This document shows positions 13,201 to 23,314 of a DNA stretch of 64,000 bases, piece by piece; within the stretch, counting starts at the first letter, position 1, and every line of letters begins with the position of its first letter. Origin of the DNA: Nitrospinales bacterium (lineage in GTDB: Bacteria > Nitrospinota > Nitrospinia > Nitrospinales > VA-1); the NCBI GenBank assembly GCA_965262115.1, contig OZ253496.1, forward strand, positions 1,536,001 through 1,600,000, in the 5' to 3' direction. A program made the position numbers and the translations under genes. A model generated the notes under the pieces. It saw only the letters and a list, made by a program, of their open reading frames with translations, was not told the DNA's origin and searched no databases.

Positions 13201-13926
13201 TTGGGAAATTTTCCATTGCCTTTATCGTCTTATAAAGCGGTTTTTTTTGATGTCGGGGGGACTCTGATCCACGTTCACCCGTCGGTCGGGGATGTCTATG
13301 CCCGACACGCCCGCCCCTTCGGCTATTCGGGTTCTGTCGAGGTTTTAAACGAAGAGTTTCGCGCGCAATGGAAGAAAATGGGGGGTATCGAGTCTTTGGG
13401 CAATCAGAGCGGAGCCGAAGCGGAAAGAAATTTTTGGCGCAAATTGGTTTATGAGGTGTTTCAACCGCTGGGAGGGCTCGACCGGTTTGAAGAATACTTT
13501 GATCTCATTTTTGAGGCGTTTCGAGAGAAATCCAACTGGCGCGTTTATGAAGATGTGATCGAATCAAAAATTCTCGAAACTCTGAAAAAAAGAGGCGTGG
13601 TGTTGGGGGTCATTTCTAACTGGGACTCGCGGTTGACCTCCACCCTGGAAAATATTGGTCTCGCGCGGTATTTTGATTTTATCTTACCCTCTGCTGTGGT
13701 CGGTTCGGCAAAGCCCGATAAAAAAATATTTGAGGAAGCGTTAAGACGAAGTGGTGTCCAGCCTCATGAAGCCTGCCATATCGGCGATGAAATGCGAACC
13801 GATGTAGATGGGGCCCAGGCGGCTGGTATACATCCTATCCTGCTGGACCGGGACAACCGTTTTGACTTGGCGGGAGTGACGAAAGTTGCTTCCCTTAGAG
13901 AACTGAATCCGTCGGCTGAATTGTGA
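13201..13926 (+). CDS. HAD-IA family hydrolase
   Basis: FFDVGGTL, SNWD, KPD and HIGD motifs. Confidence 0.88.
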   Translation: MGNFPLPLSSYKAVFFDVGGTLIHVHPSVGDVYARHARPFGYSGSVEVLNEEFRAQWKKMGGIESLGNQSGAEAERNFWRKLVYEVFQPLGGLDRFEEYFDLIFEAFREKSNWRVYEDVIESKILETLKKRGVVLGVISNWDSRLTSTLENIGLARYFDFILPSAVVGSAKPDKKIFEEALRRSGVQPHEACHIGDEMRTDVDGAQAAGIHPILLDRDNRFDLAGVTKVASLRELNPSAEL

Positions 13927-13951
13927 AGCGGGGAAAGTGGATAGGCGGCTT

Positions 13952-14116
13952 TTAAGCCTTATAGCCTTTTATGCCATCCAGTTTAGCATTTTTAAAGCTG
14001 GCGTCTTTAGTATCGGCTTTGGTCAAGTCTGCTTTGGAGAGATCCGCCCCATGGAAAGAGACGGCGTTGAGGTCGGCCTCCCTCAAATTGCTACTGACCA
14101 GAGATGCGAAGGTCAT
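13952..14116 (-). pseudogene. Short pentapeptide-repeat protein or fragment
   Basis: SNLREADLNAVSFHGADLSKADLTKADTKDASFKNAKLDG. Confidence 0.55.
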
Positions 14117-15614
14117 GCCGACCGTTTTTTTTTTGCTTTTCCCGGAATTCCAGAGCCAATAAAAAATAAAAAGGGAGATACTCCACCCAGGGGATCCATG
14201 GGCTAAATGCTTGAAGTTCTTGATAATCAAAATAAAAGTCGAGGTAATAAAGGCCCACCAGTCCGGTCAATACCATCCACGACCGCGCGGGGAAGATACA
14301 CAAAAATGGCACCACCCAGCAGAGATACCACGGGTTCTGCACCGGACTGAGGAGAAATACCAAAGCCATGATCCAGAAAAGCCCGCGAACAAATTCTTCG
14401 GGTTGTTGAAGGAGAGAAGCCCCCTTAACCAGTAACCAGAATAAAACCCCGATTAATGTAAGGGCCACTGTAACCTTGCTCAGAAAAATTGGCAGGGGAT
14501 TGGAAAAAATCGTTTCACTCGCGAACCCACCCGACACATTGTTAAAGATGAAAACCAGAATAGCAAAAATGCTGTCGTTGCTCTGCCAGTACAGGCTGAA
14601 GGCTTTGAGTCCATCAAACATCTGCAATCCGATCCCCATAAAGGGTAGATACCCCAAAATGGCCACTCCGAGAAACAGACTGGTATTGCCGAAAGGAGTC
14701 AGCCAGGCTTTCCCCCCCGACTGGCGCATTTTTTCATAACCGGCCTTGAGGTATAGGGGAAGCAAAATCACGGGGTACAGTTTTCCCAGAAGGCCAAAGG
14801 CCAGAAACAGGGTCGCCAAGGTATGGCGGTGACAAAGCAAAAAATAAATGGAGCCAGTGAGCAGGGATATACCGATGATATCCAAATGGGTCGAGTTAAA
14901 AGTTTCCTTGATGATCAGAGGGCTCCAGAAATAAATCAGGCAAGCGGATTTATCTATCCCCAACCTCGAAAGAATGCCAACGATAAAAACTAAAGTCATG
15001 ATGTCGAAAATTAAAAATCCGGAACGCAGGGCGACAATGCTGTCGGGTTTTATCTGATGCGCCAGGCGGAACACAAACTGCGCCATCGGTGGGTAGATGG
15101 TGGGCACATCTGGATGGTTCACCCGTTCCAAGTATTTAAGGGATTGGGGAGACGCCCATTTCAACGCATCCAGTTGTTCCAGTTCGCGCTCGTTGCGTTC
15201 AACATAAGTTTCATAATAGCTTTCTGGATTCTGAATCCTTAGCGCCTTGAAGTCGTGCGCTTCGGCGGGGGCGTATTCAAATGGATTGATTCCATTCGCG
15301 AATACTTTTCCATCCCATAAATAGCGGTAGACGTCATCTTCCTGAATCTGCTGAGAGGGGAGGATGGCGGCACGAAACAACAGGCCGAACACGATGATCA
15401 TCCAAAAACTGCCTGCGTCTCCGGGACGCTTGCGCACGATATACCAAGTGAGGCCATAAAGTGTACACAGGGAAAAATAAACAACAAGATAAGTGAGGAG
15501 GGGTCTTTCTGAATATCCCTCTCCCCAGTTGAATTGGTGGGAAAGCTGGGTCAGGAAACCATAAAGCAGGAGGCTGGCTGTCCCCGTTAACAGGATAGGG
15601 AGTCGGGAACGCAT
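14091..15614 (-). CDS. Membrane GT-C glycosyltransferase (GT87-like)
   Basis: EDDVYRYLWDG, TIYPP and NPWY motifs; many TM helices. Confidence 0.75.
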   Translation of the reverse strand: MRSRLPILLTGTASLLLYGFLTQLSHQFNWGEGYSERPLLTYLVVYFSLCTLYGLTWYIVRKRPGDAGSFWMIIVFGLLFRAAILPSQQIQEDDVYRYLWDGKVFANGINPFEYAPAEAHDFKALRIQNPESYYETYVERNERELEQLDALKWASPQSLKYLERVNHPDVPTIYPPMAQFVFRLAHQIKPDSIVALRSGFLIFDIMTLVFIVGILSRLGIDKSACLIYFWSPLIIKETFNSTHLDIIGISLLTGSIYFLLCHRHTLATLFLAFGLLGKLYPVILLPLYLKAGYEKMRQSGGKAWLTPFGNTSLFLGVAILGYLPFMGIGLQMFDGLKAFSLYWQSNDSIFAILVFIFNNVSGGFASETIFSNPLPIFLSKVTVALTLIGVLFWLLVKGASLLQQPEEFVRGLFWIMALVFLLSPVQNPWYLCWVVPFLCIFPARSWMVLTGLVGLYYLDFYFDYQELQAFSPWIPWVEYLPFYFLLALEFREKQKKNGRHDLRISGQ

Positions 15615-15620
15615 ACCCGG

Positions 15621-16489
15621 CTAGGGATTGTGGGCAAAAGAGCTCTGCCCCTCCAGGGTTTTCAACTCTTCGATTTCTTGATCTGCAAGAATTTTATAAA
15701 TATCCAGAACGCTTCGGTGTACATAGGGATCGTCATTTTTCAAGGCCAGGGCAGACCAGTAGCGGGAAAGGGCCTCCCGGAACATTTTTTTCTTCTTATA
15801 CAAGTCCCCGAGTTTGACATAAATTTCCAACCGCTTTGGTTCCAGAACTGAAACCCTTTCAAAATAGTTCGCGGCCTCAAAATAATCTCCCGACCGTTTA
15901 TATTCTTCAGCCAGAGCTTCCAGATAAGCAGGGTTCTCTGCTTCCAGATCAATGGATTGTTTCAGGTGCTCAATGCCTTGAGCAAACTTTTCCCGTTTCA
16001 GGTGCAACCGCCCCAGCCGATAGTGGGTGAGAGCATGTCGGCTATCAATACTCAAGGCCTTGAGATATTTTTGCTCCGCCTCGGCAAACTTTCCTTCCCG
16101 CTCCTTGAACTCTCCCAATCAGGATTTTTATTTGCCGCAGTTTCAAGTTGCCTGAAAGCCTCGTCCCGGTTTCCCTTGTTGTAATGAATTCCCGCCAGGT
16201 TAATGCGGCTGAAAGTGTCTTCGGTGATTTTCAGGATATCCCGGTAAAGGTTTTCGGCCTGGTCGGTCTTGTCCTGGTCCTGATATACAATGGCCAGGTT
16301 GTACATAGAGAAGGTGTCGTTGGGGTTTTTCCGGAGTGCCAGGTTGTACTCTTCAATGGCTTTGGCCAGTTCCTGATTGTCGTAGTGCTCCACGCCTTTG
16401 TTGAAGTGGCTGTCGATAGGAGCGGGAACATTGGCGCAGCCGAAGAAAAATAAAGCCGCTATTATAACCCCGTTGTTTATTTTAATCAT
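15621..16489 (-). pseudogene. TPR lipoprotein, frameshifted near 16115
   Basis: FFGC lipobox; TPR repeats continue across two overlapping ORFs. Confidence 0.7.
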
Positions 16490-16495
16490 CGTTGT

Positions 16496-17611
16496 CTAAT
16501 TGCCGGATACTTTGTCCAGCCGTTTCATCCGGATGTTGGCTTGTCCGGGAGCAGTGGCCTCCGCGGGTGGAACGGGCACTTCATCAGATTTGCGAATCAG
16601 TTTCCAGGGGTTCCGTTTCAAGTCTTCGGTCAGGGATTTCAGGTTTTGCGATGTTTCGTTCATGTTCTGGATAAGTTGAAGCAGGTTTCTGCGGTTTTCC
16701 ACCATGATGGAGTTGCCCTGGCCGAGAGTCTGTTCAACGCTCGTTGCGGTGCGGTCTATATCGATGGTGATTTCCCGTGCGTTCGTTTCCATACTATTGA
16801 TCAAACTGGTTACACCCGGTCGCGTGTCAGCAAGCAGGATTTCCATTTCCCGCGTCAGGTTATGAATCTGATCGATGATTTTGCGGATGTCCTTATCCTT
16901 GTCGGTGAACAGCTTGTCGGTTTTTTCTGAAACCGAAGCCACATGGTCGAAAGTGGATTGCAGTTTGCCGCTGTTTTTATCCAGCATGTCGGAAACCTTT
17001 TCGGAAATCTCCAGGGCATTTTCCATATTGGCCCGGATATATTTGCGGTTTTCTTCCAAGATCGTATCGACATTTGCGAGAGAGGTTCGAACATCTTTTA
17101 ATGTGGCACGGGCATCGGTAACAAGTTCCCCTGTCAGTTGGGTAAAACGCCGGATCTCCAACACCACCTCGGTAGCCATGTCGCCAATTTTAGCGATTTC
17201 AAACGAGTCCTCCCCAATCAACTCCTCATTGTCCTCTAAAGGTGGTGACCCTTGCGTACCGGGCCGCACGTCTATATAAAGCCCTCCCATCAGTCCGGAA
17301 GTTTTGATCATGGCGACGGAATTCTTTTTGATGATGATCTGAGGGTTGATTTCGGCCATCACTACCACTCGGTCATGGCCCTGATCATCCCCTAGCAATT
17401 CTATGTCCCTGACCGAGCCAATATCGAGCCCGGCATAACGTACCGGCGCGCCCACTTCCATCCCACCCGTAAAATTGAACACGATACGCAACATCTTCAT
17501 GGGTTTGAAATAATCCTTAATATCGCCCAACACGAAGATCATTACGATCAAAACCACCATGCTGACGAAAATAAAAAACCCGGCTTTAACTTCTGAGGAA
17601 CGATATTCCAT
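16496..17611 (-). CDS. MlaD/MCE-family protein with long helical tail
   Basis: GMEVGAPVRYAGLDIGSV and GLMGGLYI motifs. Confidence 0.88.
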   Translation of the reverse strand: MEYRSSEVKAGFFIFVSMVVLIVMIFVLGDIKDYFKPMKMLRIVFNFTGGMEVGAPVRYAGLDIGSVRDIELLGDDQGHDRVVVMAEINPQIIIKKNSVAMIKTSGLMGGLYIDVRPGTQGSPPLEDNEELIGEDSFEIAKIGDMATEVVLEIRRFTQLTGELVTDARATLKDVRTSLANVDTILEENRKYIRANMENALEISEKVSDMLDKNSGKLQSTFDHVASVSEKTDKLFTDKDKDIRKIIDQIHNLTREMEILLADTRPGVTSLINSMETNAREITIDIDRTATSVEQTLGQGNSIMVENRRNLLQLIQNMNETSQNLKSLTEDLKRNPWKLIRKSDEVPVPPAEATAPGQANIRMKRLDKVSGN

Positions 17612-17614
17612 AGA

Positions 17615-18421
17615 TCAGGCTCGACTCATTTCTTTAAGTTCTTCCCCATAATCTGTCTGGCTTTTGCTGAACGGAATGGGTCCGTCCGGACTGCCTTCAA
17701 TAAACTGGATCACTTTTGGGTCATCGCTGTTCCTGATTTCCTCCGGCGTACCCTCCGCGATGATCTTGCCTTTGAAGAGCATAATAATTTTATCCGAAAT
17801 ACGCATGGCGCTGGGGATTTCGTGCGTGACCACCACCGAGGTGATGCCCATTTTCCTGCTGAGGTCCATGATCAACTTGTCAATCACGCCAATGGAAATT
17901 GGATCCAGTCCCGCCGATGGCTCATCATAAAAAACAATTTTTGGATCGAGAGCGATGGCCCGGGCCAGGGCAATGCGTTTGATCATGCCGCCGGAAAGTT
18001 GGGCTGGCTTGAGGTGCTCCGCTCCTCTTAGCCCGACCATTTCCAGTTTCATCTTAACCATGATAAGAATGGTGCCCTCGTTGAGGTCGGTATGCTCCCG
18101 CATGGGCAAGGCGACATTGTCCTCCACCGTCAGGGAGTTGAACAAGGCTCCGCTTTGGAACATGATGCCAAACTTTTTGCGGACACGATTGATCTCCTCG
18201 CCCTTGAACTGGCTGACTTCTTCGCCATCAATCCAAATTTCTCCCGAGTCGGGGCGATAAGCCCCTATTAAATGTTTGAGGACGGTGCTTTTGCCACTGC
18301 CACTGCCGCCAATGATGGAAGTGATCTGGCCTTTCTCCATGTGCGCGTTGAAATCTTCCAGAACAGTGATGCGCTGGTCGCCTTCTCCAAACGATTTTTT
18401 CAGGTTCTTGATTTGTATCAT
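17615..18421 (-). CDS. mlaF: MlaF-type ABC ATPase
   Basis: GGSGSGKS, LSGGM, DEPSAGLDP and VTHE motifs. Confidence 0.88.
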   Translation of the reverse strand: MIQIKNLKKSFGEGDQRITVLEDFNAHMEKGQITSIIGGSGSGKSTVLKHLIGAYRPDSGEIWIDGEEVSQFKGEEINRVRKKFGIMFQSGALFNSLTVEDNVALPMREHTDLNEGTILIMVKMKLEMVGLRGAEHLKPAQLSGGMIKRIALARAIALDPKIVFYDEPSAGLDPISIGVIDKLIMDLSRKMGITSVVVTHEIPSAMRISDKIIMLFKGKIIAEGTPEEIRNSDDPKVIQFIEGSPDGPIPFSKSQTDYGEELKEMSRA

Positions 18422-19239
18422 CAGAGTACAAAGAAAAATAAGGATGTAAATATCAGATCGGCGATGATCACCAAAATCATCGATACCACCACGGCCGTGC
18501 GGGTGTTCTGCCCGACCATTTCCGCTCCGCCTTCAATAACGAAGGCCATATAACTGCCAACCATGACAATAATGACAGCAAATACTGCACTCTTGATCAG
18601 CCCGGTCACGACATCCTTCATCACCATGGCGTCCAGGGAGTTGTTGACATAGGTCACCGGGTCGATTCCCAACGTGGTGACGCCAATCAAAAACCCGCCT
18701 AATATCCCCATCAAGTCTGCCATGATGGTCAGGCAGGGGAGCATGATTAAAAGAGCGATAAACCGGGGAGTGATTAAAAACTTAACGGGATCCAACGCCA
18801 TGATCTCAAGGGCCAGCACTTCATCGGAAACCTTCATCGTCCCCATTTCGGCGGTGAACGCGGCCCCAACCCGTCCAGACATGACCAGTGCCGTCATCAA
18901 CGGCCCCAGCTCACGCAAAATGGCAACCCCCACCAATGCGCCAACAAACTCCAAGGCCCCCAACCGGCTCAACTGGTGTGCCGACTGAAACGCAAGAATG
19001 ACCCCGATCAGAAACGAAACCAGAAAAACAATGGTGGTGGACTTGACCCCAACCTCTTCCATCTGTGTCCACACCGGACGCCATTTATTGGGTTTGCCGC
19101 GCAAGGGTTCTATGAAGGTGCAATATAAAGTGGAACGGGTGAGATAATACAACCCGCTGATTTCCTTGAAAAAATTTTCCAAGACATCAGTGAGCTCGAA
19201 TCCCCTTCTCCCTATAAACCCGAAAAATGATCTGACCAT
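18421..19239 (-). CDS. mlaE: MlaE-type ABC permease
   Basis: RELGPLMTALVMSGRVGAAFTAEMGTM motif. Confidence 0.9.
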   Translation of the reverse strand: MVRSFFGFIGRRGFELTDVLENFFKEISGLYYLTRSTLYCTFIEPLRGKPNKWRPVWTQMEEVGVKSTTIVFLVSFLIGVILAFQSAHQLSRLGALEFVGALVGVAILRELGPLMTALVMSGRVGAAFTAEMGTMKVSDEVLALEIMALDPVKFLITPRFIALLIMLPCLTIMADLMGILGGFLIGVTTLGIDPVTYVNNSLDAMVMKDVVTGLIKSAVFAVIIVMVGSYMAFVIEGGAEMVGQNTRTAVVVSMILVIIADLIFTSLFFFVL

Positions 19240-19375
19240 GAAAATGCTAATGCCCGTTAGAAATGGAACAAAAGGTTAACGAACCCGCATCACGATTCTC
19301 ACGTACAAGGTCCTCATCTAGAAGCGCAACAAATGTTGTTCGCTCTAAAAGGCCTCAACTCACTGCCTGCGGAGG

Positions 19376-19711
19376 CTACTCCGTAAGGGCTTGTTCTTTT
19401 GTGTCGAAAACTTCAAACACGCTTAACAGACGTGCGATCTCAAACACGTCCTTGACGCCGGGGTTCAAAGCCGCAAGGCGGAATTTGTTCTTGCTGTTGT
19501 GGCTCCATTGCAAGCCTTCCACAAGAGTGGCGATGCCAGAGCTGTCAATGTAGGAAACTCCTGATAAATCCACAACGATGACCTTATTGTTGTTCTGAAA
19601 AAGAGGAGCCAAAGCATCTCTAACTTTGGTCGAAGAACTCATGTCGATATCGCCAGTAACTTCGAGGGTCACCGTATCCCCGGCTTTATCCAGTTTTAAA
19701 TCTATACTCAT
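19376..19711 (-). CDS. STAS anti-sigma-factor antagonist (RsbV/SpoIIAA-like)
   Basis: DLSGVSYIDSSGIATL motif; start taken at MSIDLK. Confidence 0.88.
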   Translation of the reverse strand: MSIDLKLDKAGDTVTLEVTGDIDMSSSTKVRDALAPLFQNNNKVIVVDLSGVSYIDSSGIATLVEGLQWSHNSKNKFRLAALNPGVKDVFEIARLLSVFEVFDTKEQALTE

Positions 19712-19713
19712 AG

Positions 19714-20151
19714 TTACCTCTTGTCCTGTGTCGACGTCAGTCCGGTTCTTAATTTTTTTATCATGGTCAGCAATGTGCCCTTGGCCCGGTTGGTGCAATA
19801 GCTGACCTCATCCATAATTTCATTCATGAAATGGGTGCCCAGTCCACCCGGTTTTACATCCCCCAGGCTCCGCGGTTTTATCTGGTCAAGATCGCATTGT
19901 TTGCCGTAGTCGCGAATCTGAACTTTGAAGTTATCCTCTTCAATGGTGAAGGTGGCCTCAATCAGTTCATCGCAGGAACCTTCGTAACTGTGCTTGATCA
20001 CGTTCGCGCAGGCCTCATCGACACAAAGGATCAGGCGGCGGGCTGTATCCTCGGGCACATCATGGCTGTCCAAAAGCTCCTGCAAAACTTTACGAATCAA
20101 TCCCAGGTATTTCGGGTCACTCGGTATAGAAAGTTTGATGGGTTGGGGCAT
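19714..20151 (-). CDS. Anti-sigma factor Ser kinase (RsbW-like HATPase_c)
   Basis: EACANVIKHSY, DYG and GGLG motifs. Confidence 0.88.
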   Translation of the reverse strand: MPQPIKLSIPSDPKYLGLIRKVLQELLDSHDVPEDTARRLILCVDEACANVIKHSYEGSCDELIEATFTIEEDNFKVQIRDYGKQCDLDQIKPRSLGDVKPGGLGTHFMNEIMDEVSYCTNRAKGTLLTMIKKLRTGLTSTQDKR

Positions 20152-20315
20152 AGGTCCTCGCTGGTATTAATTTAAAACTATTATAACGATCAAACCCCCG
20201 TTATTTCAATCATATCACCCACTGACGCGGGGAGCAATGGGCAATAGGTATAAAGCGGTCAGGTGTTGTTGAAGGCTGAAAAAGTCGAGTTAGTTGTCTG
20301 TGGCGCCTTGCTGCT

Positions 20316-20775
20316 TTATAAGGCTTTAAAGGTCAGGGAGGTGAGGTCGTCGAACTGGGGGGCGTCGCCGATGAATTGTTTGATGGAGGTTTCCAGATTT
20401 TGCAGGAATTCTTTCGCTTGGGCGGTATTGTCGGCAAACAGGTTTTTCAACCGATCGACTCCGAATTCCTTCTGCTGTTTGTTTTTGGGTTCGGTCACTC
20501 CATCGGTGAAAATAAGAATCTCGTCCCCGCTTTTAAGGCAATGTTCTTCCTGGCTGTATTGCATATGCACCCTCATCGACCAGCAATAAACTGCAGGCAT
20601 CGGCATTCATGACTTTTTTGGCAACATTCATGATGGTGTCGAGAAGATTGGCGAGATTCGGTTCGGAATTGATCAGGGAGGTGATTTTGTAGCAGGTTTC
20701 CAACTGGTCGATCCGCCGTTCCATTTGGGCCAGCCGTGAATCTGTGGAAGGCAATGCGTCTTTATCTGTACTCAT
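20316..20775 (-). pseudogene. GAF + PP2C (RsbU-like) phosphatase with a large internal deletion
   Basis: GAF start (LLDTIMNVAKKVMNADACSLLLVDE) joined out of frame to a PP2C C-terminus (FTDGVTE...QFDDLT). Confidence 0.75.
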
Positions 20776-20965
20776 GGTCCTCCATATCAGGAGAGGTGAC
20801 TTGTAAGGCCGAGATAACTCGTTGCTTGCTTGATGGGTTACTCTTATTGCCACCGGCGGCTCGCCGGTTGGCCTCACGCCGAGTGGTGGAGAAATAACTT
20901 TAACTTAGCCGCTAAGATAGCTAAAATGTGATAGTGGGTCAAACCGTTTCCCCAATATCTCGTTT

Positions 20966-21286
20966 ATGGACAGAAAGCTAAAACAAAGCTCAAGCGGGAA
21001 CTGGTCAGAAATTAGGTCGGTTCTTTTTCAGTCTCTTCCTGATGAAATGTTTTCCAAGGCGAATCAACAGGAATGGCTGACCTATCATTGGAACCTGGTA
21101 GTGGGAAAAGAAATTTCAGGGGTTTCCACCATTGACAAGGTGGCGCGGGGGATACTCCATGTACGGGTAGAGGGTAAGGAGTGGGTGCCAGTTTTGGATC
21201 TGTTAAAAAGCAAAATCGTGCAGGAAATAAATAGCAGGGCAGGTGAACCGTTGTTAAACGGTATTGTGTTTAAGGCAGTGGCCTGA
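20966..21286 (+). CDS. DUF721/DciA family protein
   Basis: WNLVVGKEIS...LHVRV...W pattern; size. Confidence 0.65.
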   Translation: MDRKLKQSSSGNWSEIRSVLFQSLPDEMFSKANQQEWLTYHWNLVVGKEISGVSTIDKVARGILHVRVEGKEWVPVLDLLKSKIVQEINSRAGEPLLNGIVFKAVA

Positions 21287-21331
21287 TATGCTCTAAAGAA
21301 AAATTTTCTATATGTCAGGGCAATCCAGAAG

Positions 21332-23305
21332 ATGAAAGCTATAGCCTGTGAATTAAAGTCTATTTGCAGAATCAGCCAGCGGAGAGCCTCCGCAGGCGTA
21401 ATGTTTTTCCTTGGCCTTCGTGCCCCGGAGGGGTACAAATTGCAATATCTTTCCCTGGCTAGAAATGATTTTCCCGGTTGGGCAAGCCATTGCCCAGTTG
21501 CCTCCACGGCTAGTGGGCGGAGAGCCTCCGCTGCAGGTTTATTCATGCTCCTGTTCCTGGCGAGTTGCACGACAATACCCGGAGTCCCGGATTCAACGAC
21601 TTCTGACTTGTCTTCTTCCTATGCGGTTTTGTCGTTCGAAAAGAAAAAACAACTTTCCGGGAAACTGGATACGCGGGATCCCCGCTCCTATTACCACTAC
21701 CTGCTGGCCCTGAAGGCGGAAAAGGGCTACCAGATGGATCAGGCCGCTGTGCATTATAAAGAAGTGGTCCAGTATGATCCGGAAACAGAAAGGTTCCATG
21801 AAAAATGGGTTCGCCTGTTGCTCCGTACCGGTCAGTTGGATGAGGCCGTTGAAGCCGGTCAAAATGCACTGGCCCGTTTTCCCAACAACGAGGAAATTTT
21901 GATGGTCCTGGGGGATATTCTGGCCAGTCAGGGGAAAGCGGAAGAGGCCATCACGTATTATGACCGGATTAGCCGGGTTGCCTCTGGAAATGCCCGGGCT
22001 CCGTTACTGAAAGGTTCTTTGTTAGAGGGGTTGGAGCGATTTAACCAGGCTTTTGAAGAGTATAAGAAAGCGGCGTTGATAGAGCCGAAAAATCCTCTGG
22101 TGCAGTTTTATCTGGGCCGGGCCTATTTGCGGGCCAACCAGTTGCCGGAGGCCGAAAAGAGTCTTGAAACGGCAGTTTCCCTGAAGCCCAACCTTCTCCA
22201 GGCCCGACACCATTTAGCCTGGGTGCTCGAACGTCAGGGCAGAACCGTTGAAGCGTTGAAAGAATATGGGCTATTGTTAAAGCTGACACCGGATAACGAA
22301 TATATTAAAAATCGGGTTTCACAGCTTCACTCTTCGGATTCTTTGGGTCAGAGCCCCTCGCAGGGTTTTGAAGCCATTCCCTCCGGCTTGGCAGAGCAAC
22401 CCGATATCCATATGCGTATCGCAACGATATATTTTGAGCAAACTCTATATATGAGAGCATTGGATGAGTTTCAGCTTGTTCTGGCCAAACACGATTACAA
22501 GGATCCGCATGTTCTCATGGCCCGGATTTATGAAACTCACGGCCGCCTGGACAAAGCCGTTGAGGAGTTTGAAAAACTCAGAAAGCTGGAACCGCAATCC
22601 CTGGACCTTCTCCTTTATACGGCCCGGCTCTATAGCTTGATGAAAAAAACACAAAAATCGGTGGGTCTGCTCAATGAGGCCGTTGCAATAGAACCGGAGA
22701 ACGACCAGATACATCACTCTCTGGCACTGGCCTACATGGCCCTCAAAAAAAATGAGGAGGCCATTGCAACCATGCGGAAAGCTTTGGCTTTGAACCCTCA
22801 AAAAGATTCCTACTATTTTGATCTGGGCGCCCTGATGGAAAAAGCCGGAGATTACCAAGGGGCCATTGCAAATATGAGGCTGGCGATTGAGTTAAATCCT
22901 TTGCACTATAACGCACATAATTTTTTGGGGTACATGTATGCGCTGGAAGGACACGACCTTGACCAGGCCCTTGAGCATCTGAAAAAGGCCCTGACCATCC
23001 AGCCTCGCAACGGCTATTTCCTGGACAGCCTGGGTTGGATTTATTTCAAAAAAGGCGAATCGGAAAAAGCTTTAACGCAAATTCAGAAGGCCTTGATCTA
23101 CACCGAGCCGGACCCGGTACTTTATGACCACCTTGGGGATATTCTGTTCTCTCTGGAAAATTACGATGAAGCCAATTGGGCATGGAGAAACAGCCTGTTT
23201 CTCACTGTGAATCCAAAAGACGACCTGGGTGGAGAAGCGCCGGACCCGCAAACACTTAAGAATAAAATTAATAAATCGAAAAGGCTTTTACAAAAGAGCT
23301 ATTAA
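21332..23305 (+). CDS. Multi-TPR lipoprotein (start uncertain; N-terminus contains repeat insertions)
   Basis: LASC lipobox; many TPRs; NFLGY and DSLGW motifs; upstream of the lolB-like gene and ispE. Confidence 0.85.
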   Translation: MKAIACELKSICRISQRRASAGVMFFLGLRAPEGYKLQYLSLARNDFPGWASHCPVASTASGRRASAAGLFMLLFLASCTTIPGVPDSTTSDLSSSYAVLSFEKKKQLSGKLDTRDPRSYYHYLLALKAEKGYQMDQAAVHYKEVVQYDPETERFHEKWVRLLLRTGQLDEAVEAGQNALARFPNNEEILMVLGDILASQGKAEEAITYYDRISRVASGNARAPLLKGSLLEGLERFNQAFEEYKKAALIEPKNPLVQFYLGRAYLRANQLPEAEKSLETAVSLKPNLLQARHHLAWVLERQGRTVEALKEYGLLLKLTPDNEYIKNRVSQLHSSDSLGQSPSQGFEAIPSGLAEQPDIHMRIATIYFEQTLYMRALDEFQLVLAKHDYKDPHVLMARIYETHGRLDKAVEEFEKLRKLEPQSLDLLLYTARLYSLMKKTQKSVGLLNEAVAIEPENDQIHHSLALAYMALKKNEEAIATMRKALALNPQKDSYYFDLGALMEKAGDYQGAIANMRLAIELNPLHYNAHNFLGYMYALEGHDLDQALEHLKKALTIQPRNGYFLDSLGWIYFKKGESEKALTQIQKALIYTEPDPVLYDHLGDILFSLENYDEANWAWRNSLFLTVNPKDDLGGEAPDPQTLKNKINKSKRLLQKSY

Positions 23306-23314
23306 GAAGGTCCG

